From Bacteroidales bacterium (GTDB lineage Bacteria; Bacteroidota; Bacteroidia; Bacteroidales; Lentimicrobiaceae): a DNA stretch of 64,000 nucleotides. A program made the position numbers and the translations under genes. Shown here in pieces: positions 34,515 through 47,210 of the stretch (the first letter of the stretch is position 1; every line of letters starts with the position of its first letter). The notes under the pieces are model-generated. The model did no database searches, was not told the DNA's origin, and saw only the letters and a program-made list of their open reading frames with translations. The stretch lies in assembly GCA_022837485.1 (NCBI GenBank), contig JALHHH010000011.1:588-64587 (forward strand), given 5' to 3'.

Positions 34515-35507
34515 ATGGGTATCGTCATCATTTTAGGAGCAATTGCACTTTTTGTAATTGTTTTTGCCGCGCTGGGCTTTAAAATCGTTCAGCAATCGGA
34601 AACAATAGTAATCGAGAGGCTTGGAAAATACAGCCGCACACTGCCAACCGGAATAAATATCATATGGCCAATCATCGACCGGCCCAGAGAAATCATGTGG
34701 CGGTTTGTAAGGCAGGACGTCGGTGTGGATGGAAGAGCCATCGTCACCACGCGCACGGTGACTAAAATTGATTTACGGGAAACCGTTTATGAATTCCCGA
34801 AACAGAATGTGATAACCAAAGACAACGTTGGCACGGAAATAAATGCAATTATTTATTTTCAGATAACTGACCCGGTTAGAGCAATTTACGAAATCTCCAA
34901 TCTGCCGGATGCCATCGAGAAACTTACCCAGACTACCCTGAGAAACGTAATCGGAGAAATGGATCTGGATCAAACGCTGACTTCCAGAGATACGATTAAC
35001 GGCAAACTCAGGAATGTGCTGGATGAAGCCGGGCAAAAATGGGGAGTAAAGGTGAACAGGGTGGAATTGCAGGATATAAATCCGCCTCAGGAGATACGTG
35101 CAGCTATGGAAAAACAGATGCGGGCCGAGAGAGACAAGCGGGCCAAAGTGCTGGAAGCCGAAGGCGATAAGCAATCCAAAATCCTGCAATCGGAAGGCGA
35201 TAAAGAGTCGAAAATTAATAATGCAGAGGGTGAAAAACAATCCCGTATTCTGAAAGCAGAAGGTGAAGCACAGGCAAGAATCCAAACAGCGCAGGGAGAA
35301 GCCGAAGCTATTCAGAAGATCACACAGGCGATTGCTGCCACGAAAGGCGATCCGGTAAATTATCTTCTGGCTGTAAGATACATCGATACCCTTAGCCAAA
35401 TGGTGAGCGGTAAAGACAACAAGGTAATTTACATGCCTTTCGAAGCCACCGGAGTCTTAAGCTCTATCAGCGGTATCAAGGAATTGCTGACGACTCCGCA
35501 AAAATGA
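34515..35507 (+). CDS. SPFH/band-7 (stomatin-like) protein
   Basis: 330 aa. N-terminal TM, an SPFH core (IVQQSETIVIERLGKY...YFQITDPVRAIYEISN...TLRNVIGEMDLDQTL) and a Glu/Lys/Ala-rich coiled-coil tail. Confidence 0.9.
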   Translation: MGIVIILGAIALFVIVFAALGFKIVQQSETIVIERLGKYSRTLPTGINIIWPIIDRPREIMWRFVRQDVGVDGRAIVTTRTVTKIDLRETVYEFPKQNVITKDNVGTEINAIIYFQITDPVRAIYEISNLPDAIEKLTQTTLRNVIGEMDLDQTLTSRDTINGKLRNVLDEAGQKWGVKVNRVELQDINPPQEIRAAMEKQMRAERDKRAKVLEAEGDKQSKILQSEGDKESKINNAEGEKQSRILKAEGEAQARIQTAQGEAEAIQKITQAIAATKGDPVNYLLAVRYIDTLSQMVSGKDNKVIYMPFEATGVLSSISGIKELLTTPQK

Positions 35508-35673
35508 GTCAACGCAAAGACTGAGTCATTCATAGCATAATTCCGGGAATCTGCTTCTCTTTAGACAGCTTTCTCGCATTCGCGGGGCGATAAATCGTAA
35601 ACCATAACCGGATTGGAGTGTTCAGTTATTGAACGTACTAAGCAGACATGTCTCACCAAAAACCTGCAATACC

Positions 35674-36065
35674 ATGAACCCTCAAATCCAAGCCTACAAC
35701 AACGGCCTCTCCTCTTCCTGCAAAGAAATCTGCGACATTCTGGCCGGGATAATCGACGCCGAACTCACCCGAGCGGAAGGCAAAATCTGGCATTCGCATC
35801 CCGTTTGGTTTATCGAAGGCAATCCCATTGCCGGCTACAGCAAACAGAAAAAAGGAATCCGGCTTATGTTCTGGAGCGGTGCCGGATTCGACGAGGAAGG
35901 CCTGAACGTGCCGGGCAGAAAGTTCAAGGCGCCTCCGTATTCTACAACAGTCCCGCCGAAGTGGACGTAACCGCCCTCAAACGCTGGCTGAATAAATCCC
36001 GCGAAATACAATGGGATTATAAAAACCTTGTAAAACGAAAGGGTACGTTGGAAAGGTTGAGGTAG
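35674..36065 (+). pseudogene. DUF1801 (YdhG-like) domain gene interrupted by a 1-nt frameshift near 35926-35931
   Basis: The N-terminal 85 aa read cleanly in the frame of ORF 35629..35970 (MNPQIQAYNNGL...GLNVPGRKFK). The C-terminal 45 aa read cleanly only in the frame of ORF 35613..36065 (GASVFYNSPAEVDVTALKRWLNKSREIQWDYKNLVKRKGTLERLR). Outside those parts both frames become junk. Confidence 0.6.
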
Positions 36066-36297
36066 GATGGTTGAGATTTGTGACTATGGGGGATAGTATA
36101 AACAACTACAACGAAAATCAGGATTAAATTTCTAAGGGATGTACAGCCTGATGAGGCTTACAAGAAAGCTATTTGAGCTTCAAAAAACACATAGAAGATA
36201 AAAGTCCTGTAATGGTCTCTCCCGTAAAATTAATGACAATTATATTTGTTCAAAGTATTGTCCAAAAAGGTTAGACCATTCCATCCTCATCCCCCAA

Positions 36298-39534
<3,237 letters not shown>

Positions 39535-39538
39535 TCAG

Positions 39539-39546
39539 CAAACTTA
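39539..39546 (-). promoter_or_regulatory. -7 box upstream of lacZ
   Basis: The minus strand reads TAAGTTTG, 26 nt upstream of the ATG at 39513. Confidence 0.45.
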
Positions 39547-39768
39547 AGTAATATTTTTATAAAGCTTACGCAGATGGTTAAATTTTGGGTGCAGGTGTCT
39601 TTTAGCCGGGAAAACACTTAGAACCGAAGGGTTTGTTTACTTACGCCGTTCGCTACCGGATCATTTATACCACTACAGAAGCGCAGGTTACACTTCTCCG
39701 GATGTCTGCAATCAGTCTACCCCGACGTCATTCGGCTGGTACAGCCTTCGGCACGGGCATACATTTGT

Positions 39769-39776
39769 TACCTTTG
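39769..39776 (+). promoter_or_regulatory. -7 box upstream of tcdA
   Basis: TACCTTTG, 18 nt upstream of the ATG at 39794. Confidence 0.45.
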
Positions 39777-39793
39777 CGGTCAAAATAAAAACG

Positions 39794-40513
39794 ATGGAAC
39801 AAACCGACTGGCAATCGAGAACGCGACTTTTGCTCGGCAACGAAAAACTGGAGAAGTTACGTGCGGCACATGTGCTGGTGGCAGGACTGGGCGGTGTAGG
39901 AGCCTATGCGGCCGAGCAGCTGGCCCGGGCGGGAGTTGGAAAACTCACTCTGGTCGACGGCGACTGCGTTCACCATACCAACCGAAACCGTCAGCTTCCG
40001 GCACTCATCAGCACGCATCATCAGCCAAAGACGGAGGTAATGGCCCAGCGACTACTCGATATAAATCCTGAGATTCAGTTGGTTACCATTCAGGAATACA
40101 TCAAAGACGAGCGCATGATCGAAATCCTGGAAGAAGGTTACGATTACGTAGTGGATGCCATCGATACGCTTTCGCCAAAGGTTTACCTTATCTACCACAC
40201 CCTGAGGCTGGGGATGCCACTGGTGAGTTCCATGGGAGCCGGGGGCAAGTTCGACCCTATGCAGGTTAAAATCTCCGATATCAGGGAAACCAGTAACTGC
40301 AAACTGGCCTATTACATGCGCAAGCGACTGCACAAGCTCGGGATATGGGAAGGCTTTCGGGCAGTATGGTCGCCCGAAGAGGTTTCCCGTACCGCAGTGG
40401 AGCTTTCGGAGGGTGAAATCAATAAAAAATCAACCGTCGGCACCATCTCCTATATGCCGGCCATTTTTGGCTGTTTTTGTGCCTCTGCCGTTGTACGCGA
40501 TTTAACGGAGTAA
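39794..40513 (+). CDS. tcdA: tRNA threonylcarbamoyladenosine dehydratase (ThiF/E1-like, TcdA/CsdL)
   Basis: 239 aa with a Rossmann motif VAGLGGVGAYAAEQLARAGVGKLTLVDGD. Size and layout match TcdA. Confidence 0.8.
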   Translation: MEQTDWQSRTRLLLGNEKLEKLRAAHVLVAGLGGVGAYAAEQLARAGVGKLTLVDGDCVHHTNRNRQLPALISTHHQPKTEVMAQRLLDINPEIQLVTIQEYIKDERMIEILEEGYDYVVDAIDTLSPKVYLIYHTLRLGMPLVSSMGAGGKFDPMQVKISDIRETSNCKLAYYMRKRLHKLGIWEGFRAVWSPEEVSRTAVELSEGEINKKSTVGTISYMPAIFGCFCASAVVRDLTE

Positions 40514-40552
40514 TCTATAAAGTTTGATTTCAATCACTTATAATCCACAGCT

Positions 40553-40579
40553 ATCCAATCCAAAACAAATTCATTGGAT
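40553..40579 (+). terminator. possible terminator hairpin after tcdA
   Basis: ATCCAAT (40553-40559) / ATTGGAT (40573-40579) form a 7-bp stem with a 13-nt loop. The tail TATTAAT is only weakly T-rich. Confidence 0.35.
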
Positions 40580-40645
40580 TATTAATCAATAATATTAATT
40601 TTACTGCCTGTCAGAACAAACCCCACTACGTTAAAAAAGTTACGG

Positions 40646-43102
40646 ATGGCGCCCAACTGGTTTGAAAATGAAGACACCGGGAGTAATGAGTCCATGCTCA
40701 GCGAGCAGTTCAAATGGATCGACCATTACCCTTCCCCGGCTCTTCTTACCGACAACTTCTGGATAGTAATAAGGGTTAATTCTGCATTTCTCGGACTCAC
40801 CGGCCTTTCTTCCGCTAAAGTAAACGGGTATAACATTTCCACGCTTATTCCGCCGGATTCGATACGAGCCGGCGCTTCACCGGGGGATGCCGACAACGGT
40901 ATTTGTACAATTAAGGGGAAAGACGGCGGGATTATTTCATGCGGGATCGCGAAAAAGGCAATCACCCTAGGCAACGGATCGTACAGAGTTGTCAATCTGT
41001 TCCCTATAGCGGGAATGCCTTCGACGGACAGCGAAACACATCTGAAAGAGGTTCAGCAGGCCCTTCAGGAAAGCCAGGAAAGGCTTACACACATTCAGCA
41101 GATTTCGCAAACGGGCAGCTGGGATATCTCCTTTAACGGACGAAACCTGAGCCGTACCTGGAACTACTTCGAATTGCTTGGCCTTCCCCCTCAGGGTATC
41201 GAAAGCGGACTGGAAGCGCTCGACCATTCCTCCATCGTTCATCCCGACGACAGCACTTCCTACAAGAGCATCTTCAGCCGCCTCAGATCGGGACGCGGAG
41301 CCGCACTTAGCGCCGATTACCGCATCGTTGACGGCAAAGGCAAAATCCGCTTCATACACCACGAGTCCAAGGCCGAGTACAACGGGCAGGGTGCTTTGCT
41401 GCGCTGGTCGGGGACGCTGCAGGATATCACCTCCCACCGCAGGGCCGAAAACCTGAGAGCCTCAGCATTCCAGATCTCACAGCTCAGCCACTCACAGCAC
41501 AATCTCAGCCCGCTGATGGAAGCCATTCACCGGATAATAGCCACGCATATGCCGGCTCCGGGACTCATGCTGGCGCTTGCCGGAGACGATGAGAGCGGAA
41601 TTACATTCCCCTACTGCAGCGAAAAAGCTGGCGAAGCGGGCGATGAAGCTTCTGGTGAAGGACTGATCGGCTATGTGATGAGGTCAGGAGAACCCCTTGC
41701 CGTATCAGAACAGGGCATCGCGCTGATGATTGCTGAAGGACTGATACAACGTCCTCGGCGTGTACCTGTATCGTGGCTCGGCATACCGCTTAAAACCCAC
41801 GACCGGGTGATGGGGGTAATCTGCCTGCAGTCGTTCTCTCCCGACATCACTTACGGCGAAGATGAAAAAGAAATTCTGAATTTCGTATCGGAGCAGATTG
41901 CATTGGCCATACAGCGCATCCGCAGCGACCAGGCGCTTATCAGCGCCAAAAATGCGGCCGAAGATTCCAGCCGCCTGAAATCATCCCTGTTGGCCAATAT
42001 GAGCCACGAACTGCGCACACCCATGACCGGCATCCTGGGATTTTCGGAAATCCTTACCGAAGAACTTGAAGACGCTCGTCTTAAGTCGATGGCATCCACC
42101 ATCTTCAAATCGGCAAGCCGCCTGATGTCGACCCTGAACTCCATCATTGACCTTTCCGCTATAGAAGCCGACAAAAACACGCTCTCGCTGCGTCCGGTCA
42201 ATACCCGGCTTCTCTTCCAGCCGCTTCTGAAGGTGGCGTATTCGGTAGCCAGCGACAAGGGATTGTATTTGCGTACCTCGCTGCCGCCCAACCTTTATGT
42301 GATGGCCGATGAAAAGCTTCTGGGACAGCTGCTTCACCATCTGATCGACAATGCACTGAAATTCACAATAGACGGGGGGATATCGGTAAGCGCCTATACC
42401 ATCGATAAAAACAGCAACGAGGTCATCATCCGCGTAAGCGACACCGGCATAGGCATCGCAAAGGAGCATCATAAGCTTATCTTTGAAGAATTCAGGCAGG
42501 TGAGCGAGGGCTTTTCCAGAACCTTTGAGGGCAGCGGACTGGGACTGTCGCTTTGCATTAAGATAGCACGACTTCTGAACGCACGGTTATGGGTTGAGAG
42601 CGTACAGGACAAAGGCTCCGATTTCTACGTGGCATTGCCTCTGACCCTGCCGGATGTAAACGAACCGGCACTCGACAGCGAAACCGCAGAGATCATCCGT
42701 ACCCACCGCCTCAGCCGCGGCCCCGTACCCGATGTGCTCATCGTTGAGGACAACGAGGTGAACCGCCGCCTTGCTGCACTGTACCTCAGGGAAATTTGCA
42801 ATACAGAGATGGCAGAAAACGGATACGTCGCGATCGAGAAAATCCGGAGAAAGAAATACGATGCCATACTGATGGACATCAACCTGGGAGCCGGTCCCGA
42901 CGGGCTGTCGATCGCACATAAGGTAAAAACCTTTGAAACGAATAGGAATACGCCCATAATTGCAGTAACGGGCTACACCATGCACGGCGACAGGGAAAAG
43001 CTGCTTGCCAACGGATGCACGCACTATCTGCCCAAGCCTTACGACAAGAAAACCCTGCTCCGGTTGTTCTCAGGCATTCTGTATAATACTCAAACTTCGT
43101 AG
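40646..43102 (+). CDS. cytoplasmic hybrid sensor histidine kinase (PAS/GAF-like sensor, HisKA, HATPase, receiver)
   Basis: 818 aa with no TM helix. H-box SHELRTPMTGILGF. N-box HHLIDNALKFT. G-boxes DTGIGI and GSGLGLS. C-terminal receiver VLIVEDNEVNRRL...DAILMDINLG...AVTGY. Confidence 0.85.
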   Translation: MAPNWFENEDTGSNESMLSEQFKWIDHYPSPALLTDNFWIVIRVNSAFLGLTGLSSAKVNGYNISTLIPPDSIRAGASPGDADNGICTIKGKDGGIISCGIAKKAITLGNGSYRVVNLFPIAGMPSTDSETHLKEVQQALQESQERLTHIQQISQTGSWDISFNGRNLSRTWNYFELLGLPPQGIESGLEALDHSSIVHPDDSTSYKSIFSRLRSGRGAALSADYRIVDGKGKIRFIHHESKAEYNGQGALLRWSGTLQDITSHRRAENLRASAFQISQLSHSQHNLSPLMEAIHRIIATHMPAPGLMLALAGDDESGITFPYCSEKAGEAGDEASGEGLIGYVMRSGEPLAVSEQGIALMIAEGLIQRPRRVPVSWLGIPLKTHDRVMGVICLQSFSPDITYGEDEKEILNFVSEQIALAIQRIRSDQALISAKNAAEDSSRLKSSLLANMSHELRTPMTGILGFSEILTEELEDARLKSMASTIFKSASRLMSTLNSIIDLSAIEADKNTLSLRPVNTRLLFQPLLKVAYSVASDKGLYLRTSLPPNLYVMADEKLLGQLLHHLIDNALKFTIDGGISVSAYTIDKNSNEVIIRVSDTGIGIAKEHHKLIFEEFRQVSEGFSRTFEGSGLGLSLCIKIARLLNARLWVESVQDKGSDFYVALPLTLPDVNEPALDSETAEIIRTHRLSRGPVPDVLIVEDNEVNRRLAALYLREICNTEMAENGYVAIEKIRRKKYDAILMDINLGAGPDGLSIAHKVKTFETNRNTPIIAVTGYTMHGDREKLLANGCTHYLPKPYDKKTLLRLFSGILYNTQTS

Positions 43103-44004
43103 GTTACATTTTCTTCTGCAAGAAATGAATTCCCGAAAACGGCTCTGGCTTCGTTTAGTAGCGGCTGCAGATCATCGTAACGGGCCGAAAAATGCCCAAG
43201 CAATAAGCGGTCAGCCCCGGCTTTTGCCGCTATGCGCGCTGCATCGGCAGCCGTAGAATGCTGCTTCTCTCTGGCTGCTTCCTTCAGATCTTCCATGAAC
43301 GTAGCTTCATGATACAAAAGGCTGCATCCGGAAATCATGCCTGTAAGAGGTTCGTAATAGCCCGTATCGGAACAATAGGCAAACGAACGGCAGGACGGTG
43401 GATCCAGAGTCAGCAGAGAATTGGGGATAAGGTTCCCTTCCTCATCCGTAAAATCGTCGCCGTTGCGGATGCTTTCAAATTTTTCGAGAGGAACTCCGTA
43501 ACGGTCGGCAGCCTCACGCATCAATTTCCGCGGAAGCGGCTTCTCGGAAAACAGGAATCCTGTGGTTGGCACCCGATGCAGCAGCGGCAGTGTGCTTATC
43601 TGCATCCTGCCATCGTCGAAGATTATTTCGGGTTTTTGACTCTGCGTTGTATGGAACGCCAGAGGGTATGACAAACGGGTATCGGAGGCCTCGAGCTGAA
43701 TCCGAATAATTTGTTCGAGCGGCTCCGGACCGTAAACATGAAGTACCGATTTACGGTTCTGCAGATGAAATGTGGAAATCAATCCGATCAGTCCGTAAAA
43801 ATGATCGCCGTGAAGGTGACTGATAAAGATATGACCGATCTTTCCCGTACGTATCTTGTTTCGTTTCAGGTTCATTTGCGTTCCTTCGCCGCAGTCGATC
43901 AGAAACAGCCGCTCGCGGTAATTCACCACCTGCGACGACAGGCTACGGGTTCGGGTGGGGAGGGCTGCGCTGTTGCCCAGAACGGTAACGGAAAAAGTTT
44001 TCAT
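43090..44004 (-). CDS. rnz: ribonuclease Z
   Basis: 304 aa. Metallo-beta-lactamase motif ISHLHGDHFYGL and N-terminus LGNSAALPT...LIDCGEGTQ. Confidence 0.9.
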   Translation of the reverse strand: MKTFSVTVLGNSAALPTRTRSLSSQVVNYRERLFLIDCGEGTQMNLKRNKIRTGKIGHIFISHLHGDHFYGLIGLISTFHLQNRKSVLHVYGPEPLEQIIRIQLEASDTRLSYPLAFHTTQSQKPEIIFDDGRMQISTLPLLHRVPTTGFLFSEKPLPRKLMREAADRYGVPLEKFESIRNGDDFTDEEGNLIPNSLLTLDPPSCRSFAYCSDTGYYEPLTGMISGCSLLYHEATFMEDLKEAAREKQHSTAADAARIAAKAGADRLLLGHFSARYDDLQPLLNEARAVFGNSFLAEENVTYEV

Positions 44005-44100
44005 GGAAACTGGATTACATCATTATCCGGCATGCATTCCGGTTGGTTTATTTGCGAACGGAAGTGTTTCCGGGCATAACGGACCAATTGCCGGCTTAAA

Positions 44101-44156
44101 GGTAAAAAATAAAGGGGTTAAAGAAGAAAGAGGCTGCCCGGTAAAGACAGCCTCTT
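44101..44156 (-). terminator. intrinsic terminator after rpsA
   Basis: AAGAGGCTG (44128-44136) / CAGCCTCTT (44148-44156) stem. On the minus strand it is followed by the T-rich tract TCTTCTTTAACCCCTTTATTTTTT. Confidence 0.5.
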
Positions 44157-44178
44157 TGCGATATCGGAAGACGGATGC

Positions 44179-46185
44179 TTATTCAGCCTTGTCGTCTTTT
44201 GCTTTCTTTTCGGAAGCTTCCATATCGGATTTAAGGTTTGCCAGTGCTTCCAGATCGCCAAGAGTTGTTTTCTCGAGGTTATCTTTCAGTTTTTTCACGG
44301 CACGCTTGGTTGAGTTTTCAGCGCTTTCTTTTGCGGATGATTCCTTTGCACGCTCCGATGCGGTGGCATCCTGGAAGATGCGTGAATGCGAAAGGATGAT
44401 TTTCTTGTTTTCCTTCGAAAATTCAATTACCTTGAAATCAAGCGATTCTTCAACTTTAGCGGTGGTATTGTCTTCTTTGGAGAGGTGGCGCATGGGAGCG
44501 AAACCTTCCACACCGTAAGGCAGTGCAACTACCATACCTTTATCGCTGGCGCTGGTGATGGTTCCTTTATGAACCGATCCAACAGAGAATACAGTTTCAA
44601 AAACATCCCAGGGATTCTCCTCGAGCTGTTTGTGACCCAGGCTCAGACGTCGGTTGTCGACGTCAACATCGAGTACCATAACCTCGATTTTCTCACCGAT
44701 CTTGGTAAATTCAGCCGGATGCTTGATCTTCTTCGACCAGGAGAGGTCCGAAATATGGATCAGTCCGTCAACGCCTTCTTCAAGCTCGACAAAAATACCG
44801 AAGTTGGTAAAATTGCGAACGGTAGCTTCGTGCCTTGAGCTGATGGGGTATTTCTCCTTGATGTTGGTCCAGGGATCGGGAATCAGCTGCTTGATTCCCA
44901 GCGACATCTTGCGTTCTTCGCGGTCGAGGGTAAGGATAACTGCTTCTACCTCGTCCCCTACTTTCAGAAAGTCCTGAGCGGTACGCAGGTGCTGCGACCA
45001 CGACATTTCCGAAACGTGGATCAGACCTTCAACGCCGGGAGCGATTTCGATGAATGCACCGTAATCGGCAATTACTACTACGCGGCCTTTAACTTTATCG
45101 CCAACTTTGATGTTTTCATCCAGCGAATCCCACGGATGCGGGGTAAGCTGTTTGAGACCAAGGGCAATACGCTTTTTGTTTTCATCAAAGTCGAGAATAA
45201 CAACCTTGATTTTCTCATCCAGCTGAACAATTTCTTCGGGATGATTGATTCGTCCCCAGGAAAGATCGGTAATGTGAACAAGACCGTCAACACCGCCAAG
45301 GTCAACAAATACACCGTAAGAGGTGATGTTTTTAACGGTACCTTCGAGAATCTGTCCCTTTTCAAGCTTGCTGATGATATCGGCTTTCTGCTGCTCGAGT
45401 TCGTCTTCGATAAGTGCTTTGTGAGAAACCACCACGTTTTTGTATTCCTGGTTGATTTTCACAACCTTGAATTCCATCACTTTATCCACGTAGATATCGT
45501 AGTCACGGATGGGTTTCACATCGATCTGCGAGCCGGGGAGGAATGCTTCGATGCCAAATACATCGACAATAAGACCGCCTTTAGTACGGCATTTCACGTA
45601 ACCGTTGATAATTTCCTCTTTTTCGAAGGCCTGGTTTACACGTTCCCATGAACGGAGGATGCGTGCTTTTTTGTGTGAAAGAATAAGCTGACCGCCCATG
45701 TCTTCCTGGCTTTCAACATAAACTTCAATCTTGTCGCCGATCTTAAGGTTAGGATTGTAACGGAGTTCCGACTGGGGAATAACACCGTCGGACTTGAACC
45801 CGATGTTAACCACAACCTCACGGCTGCTTATAGCTACTACGGTTCCGTCGATCACTTCGTGTTCAACAATGGAACTGAGCGTTTTGTCATACAGTGATTC
45901 AAGTTTCGAACGCTCATCGGATGTGTAGTTTTCATGCTTCTTTCCGATGGCATCCCAATCAAAATTTTCAAGTGAAACCTGCTGTGTAAGAGGAGCTTTC
46001 AGTTTTTCAACGGTAGGCTCGTCGTCCTCGGTTTCAGCAACAACTGCAACAGCGGCCGGGGCTTCCTCAGCAACGGGTGCGCTTTCGTTTACAACCGGGG
46101 TTTCATTAACCGCTGCAGTCTCTTCTGAGGGTTTGTTTTCAGCATTGGTCAACTCCCCGTTGACGTTTAATTCGTCGTTTGTCAT
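44179..46185 (-). CDS. rpsA: 30S ribosomal protein S1
   Basis: 668 aa with six S1 domains (repeated G.V..I..YGAF(V/I)(E/D)L..GV(D/E)GL(I/V)H(I/V)S(D/E)(L/M)SW). Has low-complexity acidic N- and C-terminal extensions. Confidence 0.95.
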   Translation of the reverse strand: MTNDELNVNGELTNAENKPSEETAAVNETPVVNESAPVAEEAPAAVAVVAETEDDEPTVEKLKAPLTQQVSLENFDWDAIGKKHENYTSDERSKLESLYDKTLSSIVEHEVIDGTVVAISSREVVVNIGFKSDGVIPQSELRYNPNLKIGDKIEVYVESQEDMGGQLILSHKKARILRSWERVNQAFEKEEIINGYVKCRTKGGLIVDVFGIEAFLPGSQIDVKPIRDYDIYVDKVMEFKVVKINQEYKNVVVSHKALIEDELEQQKADIISKLEKGQILEGTVKNITSYGVFVDLGGVDGLVHITDLSWGRINHPEEIVQLDEKIKVVILDFDENKKRIALGLKQLTPHPWDSLDENIKVGDKVKGRVVVIADYGAFIEIAPGVEGLIHVSEMSWSQHLRTAQDFLKVGDEVEAVILTLDREERKMSLGIKQLIPDPWTNIKEKYPISSRHEATVRNFTNFGIFVELEEGVDGLIHISDLSWSKKIKHPAEFTKIGEKIEVMVLDVDVDNRRLSLGHKQLEENPWDVFETVFSVGSVHKGTITSASDKGMVVALPYGVEGFAPMRHLSKEDNTTAKVEESLDFKVIEFSKENKKIILSHSRIFQDATASERAKESSAKESAENSTKRAVKKLKDNLEKTTLGDLEALANLKSDMEASEKKAKDDKAE

Positions 46186-46302
46186 TCGTGTTTTCTTTAT
46201 GGCATCCTGCGATGCCGGGTTAATACTATATGAATTATAGGGTTTAGACGGACAGGATCACCAGCACAAAAGCATCGCGCAGGCGCCGTCCAAACCGGGG
46301 TG

Positions 46303-46310
46303 CAAAGGTA
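46303..46310 (-). promoter_or_regulatory. -7 box upstream of rpsA
   Basis: The minus strand reads TACCTTTG with a TTTG 14 nt further upstream, about 118 nt before the rpsA ATG at 46185. Confidence 0.45.
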
Positions 46311-47210
46311 TTAATTTTTTTAAGCAAAATTTGCATTCCTGCAATTTTTAATTGCGTGATAATCAGGCCAGGGGTGTTGTTGAGATCAGAAGCCGCAGGT
46401 CGGAAATAAGAATCAAATTCGTTCATTAACCAGTATTGGTAAAATCCTGAAAATGAAACAGATTCGCAATAGGGACATCGATAGGCAAACTTTTTTTCGC
46501 TTCAAAAGTGTTTTGGGGTCGAAAACAGACCTTCGGTTTTTTTTTGTAATCCGAAAAAGCTTGTTTCACACCTGCCCTTTAACCATCTCCCTTCGTTCTC
46601 TATGATTGCTCCTTGATTACGCTATGACAAGTCCGAATAAAAAGGACCTTGACAGGAAGTTGGTATAGACTTATATTGAAGGATGCCGGAAGAGTTGAAG
46701 TCGAAAGCAGGAAATCTAAAATTTGAAGATTGAAACGGGATGCCTTTCGTCTCCTGTGCATCAGACATACAGGATTACGAGAGAATCCGGGATTTCGATC
46801 CGGCGCCGGCCAATTAAAAACCTTATGATTTGATTTTGGGGGTGCAACGCCTTCTGGTTCAGCATTACCAGAATCGGTTTTATTATCGTGCAACTCCATT
46901 GCCGGCACAAAATAACACAGAAAAAAACGGAATTAAGAACCCAGCCAATGCATACCGCGACTTCGGTTACATATTGCCGTCGGGCTGCGCATCGGCCAAA
47001 CCTGTTTTGCTTAACGCTTCCTAAAGGCGCCGGCAGAAAAAATATACGCGATCATTTGCGAAACGGCAGAAAGAATAATCCCTGAAAATGCCATGTTAAC
47101 CCGTTTCCAGCGCAAAGCCAGGTAGAGATTCCTCACACACCAGCCATCCTCTGCCCGGGCATGCACGACCATACTCTTCCCGGACAAAGATAATTTTTAT
47201 TTATCTGCCA

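Noticed and set aside
34059-35507. The NfeD-SPFH pair as a candidate novel defence or stress system.
   Set aside because: This two-gene module is a widespread, well-known membrane-scaffold operon. No extra effector-like gene is attached to it here, so nothing suggests a new system.
35613-35925. N-terminal two-thirds of ORF 35613..36065 taken as a genuine 150-aa protein.
   Set aside because: This part (…QQRPLLFLQRNLRHSGRDNRRRTHPSGRQNLAFASRL…) is Arg/Ser-rich junk overlapping a well-formed reading frame. Only the last ~45 codons look real, so the locus is interpreted as a frameshifted single gene.
46600-46908. 102-aa minus-strand ORF in the rpsA upstream gap, along with 46244..46426, which spans the rpsA promoter.
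   Set aside because: The composition (Pro/Arg/Asn/Ser-rich with no hydrophobic periodicity) and the lack of any motif argue against coding. The region is kept only as part of the unexplained non-coding gap.
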